A DNA stretch of 63,557 nucleotides, filler included. It is 9 parts of 9 records of this genome, joined end to end, with 100 filler letters (N's around TTAATTAATTAA, not from the genome) between each part and the next. Parts side by side here need not be neighbours in the genome. Positions count along the whole stretch, not along the records: positions 58,175 to 63,557 come from SRR31156797_63789; 8 more parts are not named here. One strand, given 5' to 3'. This document shows positions 61,226 through 63,557 of the stretch, one piece after another. Both the position numbers and the translations under genes were made by a program. How positions within the stretch are numbered: position 1 is the stretch's first letter; every line of letters starts with the position of its first letter. The notes under the pieces are model-generated. The model saw only the letters and a program-made list of their open reading frames with translations. It was not told the origin of the DNA and did not search any database.

Positions 61226-62053
61226 TTGACAGAAGAAGAATTCGATAAGCTACATCCATGGCCTGATGCAAATGGCGTTAGCTCTCTGTTTAGGTTTATG
61301 TCCATTAACAAGGAAAGACCCGAAATTTTAAACACTCTGTTTCTTGAAAAGAAGTTATACCATTCACTAGCTACAGACTTTAATGACCCTTTTGAATGCA
61401 GACCACACTTTACCCTAGACGGAGTGATTAATAATATAGATGACATTAGAAACCACTTAGTAAAGGTTGCCATGAATAATAGATTTACGATGGAAGACGC
61501 AACAAACCTCATCGTTAATGCAATGAAGCAACCAGGATACCTTGAAAAATGTATAAAAGATTCGAACGCCACTATGCTTAACAACGTTAGAATCTGCTGC
61601 TATACAACAGACAAAGAAAACCTTTTATTTTGGGCTCATTACGCGAACTCACACAAAGGCTTTTGTGTCGAACTAGATGCAACATCACTCCCTGTTTCAT
61701 ACGCTTATAAAGTTCAATATAGTAATGAATACCCCAAAGCAGTATATCCGGTACCGGAAGATAGAAGAGCATTCAGATATGCATTAGTCAAATCAACAGA
61801 GTGGGAATATGAAAATGAATATAGGACCATTTTTCTCCCATCAGCGCCTAAACACCCAGAATTCCCCCATGATGGAACATCATTGATGATGAAATCTAGC
61901 ACTATAAAAAATGTTTATCTTGGTGCTCAAATTAGCGAACAAGACAAAGAAACCTTATTAAGCATCATCGATAAAAGTGAATTTAATCCTGTAATCTGGC
62001 AAGCATCACTATCTGAGAGTTCTTATAGTTTGAATTTTGAGAAGGTTCGATGA
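61226..62053 (+). CDS. DUF2971 domain protein
   Basis: FNDPFE, LLFWAHYANSHKGFCVE, KSTEWEYENEYR, VYLG. Confidence 0.88.
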   Translation: MTEEEFDKLHPWPDANGVSSLFRFMSINKERPEILNTLFLEKKLYHSLATDFNDPFECRPHFTLDGVINNIDDIRNHLVKVAMNNRFTMEDATNLIVNAMKQPGYLEKCIKDSNATMLNNVRICCYTTDKENLLFWAHYANSHKGFCVELDATSLPVSYAYKVQYSNEYPKAVYPVPEDRRAFRYALVKSTEWEYENEYRTIFLPSAPKHPEFPHDGTSLMMKSSTIKNVYLGAQISEQDKETLLSIIDKSEFNPVIWQASLSESSYSLNFEKVR

Positions 62054-62071
62054 TAGTTCGATTACGCTGAT

Positions 62072-62106
62072 AAAGATGAGCAACGAACGATGCTCATCTT
62101 TTCTTC
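62072..62106. terminator. Hairpin terminator between DUF2971 and the convergent small ORF
   Basis: AAAGATGAGCA-8 nt-TGCTCATCTTT followed by TCTTC. Confidence 0.7.
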
Positions 62107-62226
62107 TTAATTTAACTTGAAGTACCAGTGTTCCCTTCCAATATCCCTCGCAAAATCCAAGCCCCAACCTCCCCACCAAGCAAATAGTAAGGCCAACACT
62201 GTGAACATGATTAAACAAGCTTTCAT
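62107..62226 (-). CDS. 39-aa hydrophobic small protein (not in the ORF track)
   Basis: AAAGGAGA SD; MKACLIMFTVLALLFAWWGGWGLDFARDIGREHWYFKLN*; ends at the hairpin. Confidence 0.6.
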   Translation of the reverse strand: MKACLIMFTVLALLFAWWGGWGLDFARDIGREHWYFKLN

Positions 62227-62329
62227 ATAAATCTCCTTTGTTTGTAGAAGCTCATATGTATAAGCGCTAGTTTTTTATAAGTGTGCGGAGACTTTTGCCC
62301 AAAATGCGGATTAGTAAAAAGACAGGGGT

Positions 62330-62554
62330 TAGTCTGTTGAACAGACTACTGGGTTACGGGGTACTATGTACGCAATACGTTTTATAACGTGACATACCGT
62401 AAGCATACGAGTATTATATGTATAATGCTTTTGATCTTACTACTAGATACCCTTTAGCAACAGGGCGAGACTTCGCCCTGTTGCTAAAGGGTATCATGGA
62501 AAAACGTTTTAAAATCAGTCAGTTAGCGTATCATCCAGTCTGTTCGACAGACTG
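62330..62554. repeat. Palindrome triad: two 19-bp palindromes around a perfect 23-bp inverted repeat
   Basis: TAGTCTGTT-G-AACAGACTA (62330-62348); GATACCCTTTAGCAACAGGGCGA-GACT-reverse complement (62446-62495); CAGTCTGT-TCG-ACAGACTG (62536-62554). Confidence 0.9.
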
Positions 62555-62644
62555 CGAGTAGCATACAAACTAATACAATTGATAGTACTATGAGCTATAG
62601 TAGTACGAGATACGACGTTAGAGCACGGTACAGTACTACTATAA

Positions 62645-62673
62645 TTGACATGTAGGTCAGAGATAGGCATGAT
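62645..62673 (+). promoter_or_regulatory. Sigma70 promoter of the peptide-DUF4760 unit
   Basis: TTGACA-17 nt-CATGAT. Confidence 0.7.
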
Positions 62674-62735
62674 GTATGTACACAGTAACTACTAGTTACT
62701 ATGCCGAAAGGCACTAAAACAAGGGGAGATACAAT

Positions 62736-62768
62736 ATGAAACTATACCGCGAAGAAGACTGGTTCTAA
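62736..62768 (+). CDS. 10-aa peptide MKLYREEDWF
   Basis: AAGGGGAG SD 7 nt before ATG; lies between a promoter and an intrinsic terminator. Confidence 0.65.
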   Translation: MKLYREEDWF

Positions 62769-62800
62769 GAAGATAACCAGCTAATAATTGAATTTAGAAG

Positions 62801-62827
62801 AAGAGCACTAAAAACGTGCTCTTTTTT
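62801..62827 (+). terminator. Intrinsic terminator between the peptide ORF and DUF4760
   Basis: AAGAGCAC-TAAAAAC-GTGCTCTT-TTTT. Confidence 0.8.
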
Positions 62828-62844
62828 GTGCAGTCAGGAATAGT

Positions 62845-63417
62845 ATGGAAACACTACTAAAATCTTTCCTAGAAGATCATCCAACAGTATACTCGACCTT
62901 AATTGCTGCTCTACTTGCAGCCATATTCGCTTTCTTTACATTGCGACATAACATCAAGTCTACTCGTATCAAAAACGCTTTAGATTTTGAGTCTACATAC
63001 AAACATAACGATAAAGTTGTTGCTTCAACTATCGAAATCAAAAAAATTCTAAGTAATACCCATGAGATACCAGTAATGGAATGGGGACTAGAACAGAATC
63101 AACTAGAAAATGAAGCCCTCCACTTAAGTACCGTCATGAATGAATGGGAGCGTTGTGCCAACGCTGTTTTTCACAAGGTATACGACGAAGATTTTCTGTA
63201 CGGTACATACGGCAGTACAGTCATATTTCTGATTACACATCTGCATCCGTACATAATTAAACGGCAAGAACATAATCCCCGCGTGTACGCAAAATTTTGC
63301 TGGTTAGCTCTAAGATGGCAAATAAGAAGATCTAATGAAGATGGGGATAAAATAAACAGTGCACTAAAAGAATCAAGGGACAAACTGCACTTATATCTTA
63401 ACACTTTAAAAAAATAG
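62845..63417 (+). CDS. DUF4760-like protein with N-terminal TM helix
   Basis: TM STLIAALLAAIFAFFTL; MNEWERCANAV...YDEDF...Y..F..L...W pattern. Confidence 0.75.
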   Translation: METLLKSFLEDHPTVYSTLIAALLAAIFAFFTLRHNIKSTRIKNALDFESTYKHNDKVVASTIEIKKILSNTHEIPVMEWGLEQNQLENEALHLSTVMNEWERCANAVFHKVYDEDFLYGTYGSTVIFLITHLHPYIIKRQEHNPRVYAKFCWLALRWQIRRSNEDGDKINSALKESRDKLHLYLNTLKK

Positions 63418-63494
63418 TCAGGTTGCTATAGTTACCGGACTACTGCCCTCCTTCTGGCGAGATTAGATTCGATACTCGATGCGAGGACTGATTC

Positions 63495-63519
63495 AAAGCC
63501 ACCTACAAGGTGGCTTTTT
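63495..63519 (+). terminator. Intrinsic terminator after DUF4760
   Basis: AAAGCCACC-TACAA-GGTGGCTTT-TT. Confidence 0.8.
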
Positions 63520-63557
63520 CACATCAGTAACTAAACCCCAAATCCCCCACATCCAGA

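Larger units (their letters stand above)
58175..63557. mobile_element. One end of a prophage or integrative element with accessory cargo
   Basis: att junction, arm repeats, SRAP, Rha with c4 RNA, AT-rich cargo; no integrase or structural gene within the contig. Confidence 0.75.

Noticed and set aside
62009-62218. 69-aa minus-strand ORF from the track
   Set aside because: It runs through the terminator into DUF2971; the 39-aa frame has the well-spaced SD and a clean end.
62406-62433. TACGAGTATTA-TATGTA-TAATGCTTTTG as a dif/pdif site
   Set aside because: The left arm resembles a XerC arm, but the right arm departs strongly from the XerD consensus TTATGTTAAAT.
62330-62554. CTGT...ACAG in the twin palindromes as LexA boxes
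   Set aside because: The spacer is 3 nt; LexA needs 8.
1-63557. CRISPR array, integron attC/VCR cassettes, rRNA, reverse transcriptase
   Set aside because: No regularly spaced repeat-spacer array, attC-like structure or matching gene was seen by eye.

Overview
The window is not one locus. It is nine unrelated contigs joined by ~100-nt N spacers that each carry a TTAATTAATTAA six-frame stop linker (gaps at 6260-6359, 15453-15551, 20693-20792, 27595-27694, 34584-34683, 47455-47554, 52830-52929, 58075-58174). Taxonomic labels are inferred from gene content and style only. (1) 1-6259, Desulfobacterota-like: sigma54-driven RND efflux operon. (2) 6360-15452, Methanosarcinaceae-like archaeon: archaellin, tRNA-Ala, tRNA-Ile, aconitase-family large subunit, hmgA, KaiC-like ATPase. 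(3) 15552-20692, Bacteroidota-like: LiaF/LytS/LytTR module and a MutS-V protein. (4) 20793-27594 and (5) 27695-34583, Spirochaetota-like catabolic loci: TctCBA-ROK-sulfatase; sugar ABC transporter plus two-component system. (6) 34684-47454, Desulfobacterota-like: a coupled operon of ATP-grasp/degenerate-M20 fusion, GGT and N-formylglutamate amidohydrolase, plus a DUF1638-hydantoinase fusion. (7) 47555-52829, AT-rich Clostridia-like: ECF sigma/anti-sigma with two matching target promoters, C39-like peptidase, IS200 relic. (8) 52930-58074: tetR-icmF and an M20 peptidase. (9) 58175-63557, Vibrio-like prophage end, apparently integrated in guaC. It carries a LexA box and HP1-type arm sites, SRAP, a c4-antisense-controlled Rha protein, and putative defence cargo (small alarmone synthetase, DUF2971, DUF4760). 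The best candidates for undescribed systems are the promoter / 10-aa peptide (MKLYREEDWF) / terminator / DUF4760 unit with its neighbouring palindrome triad, and the ATP-grasp-pseudoM20/GGT/FGase operon. All family calls come from motif recognition, not database searches.
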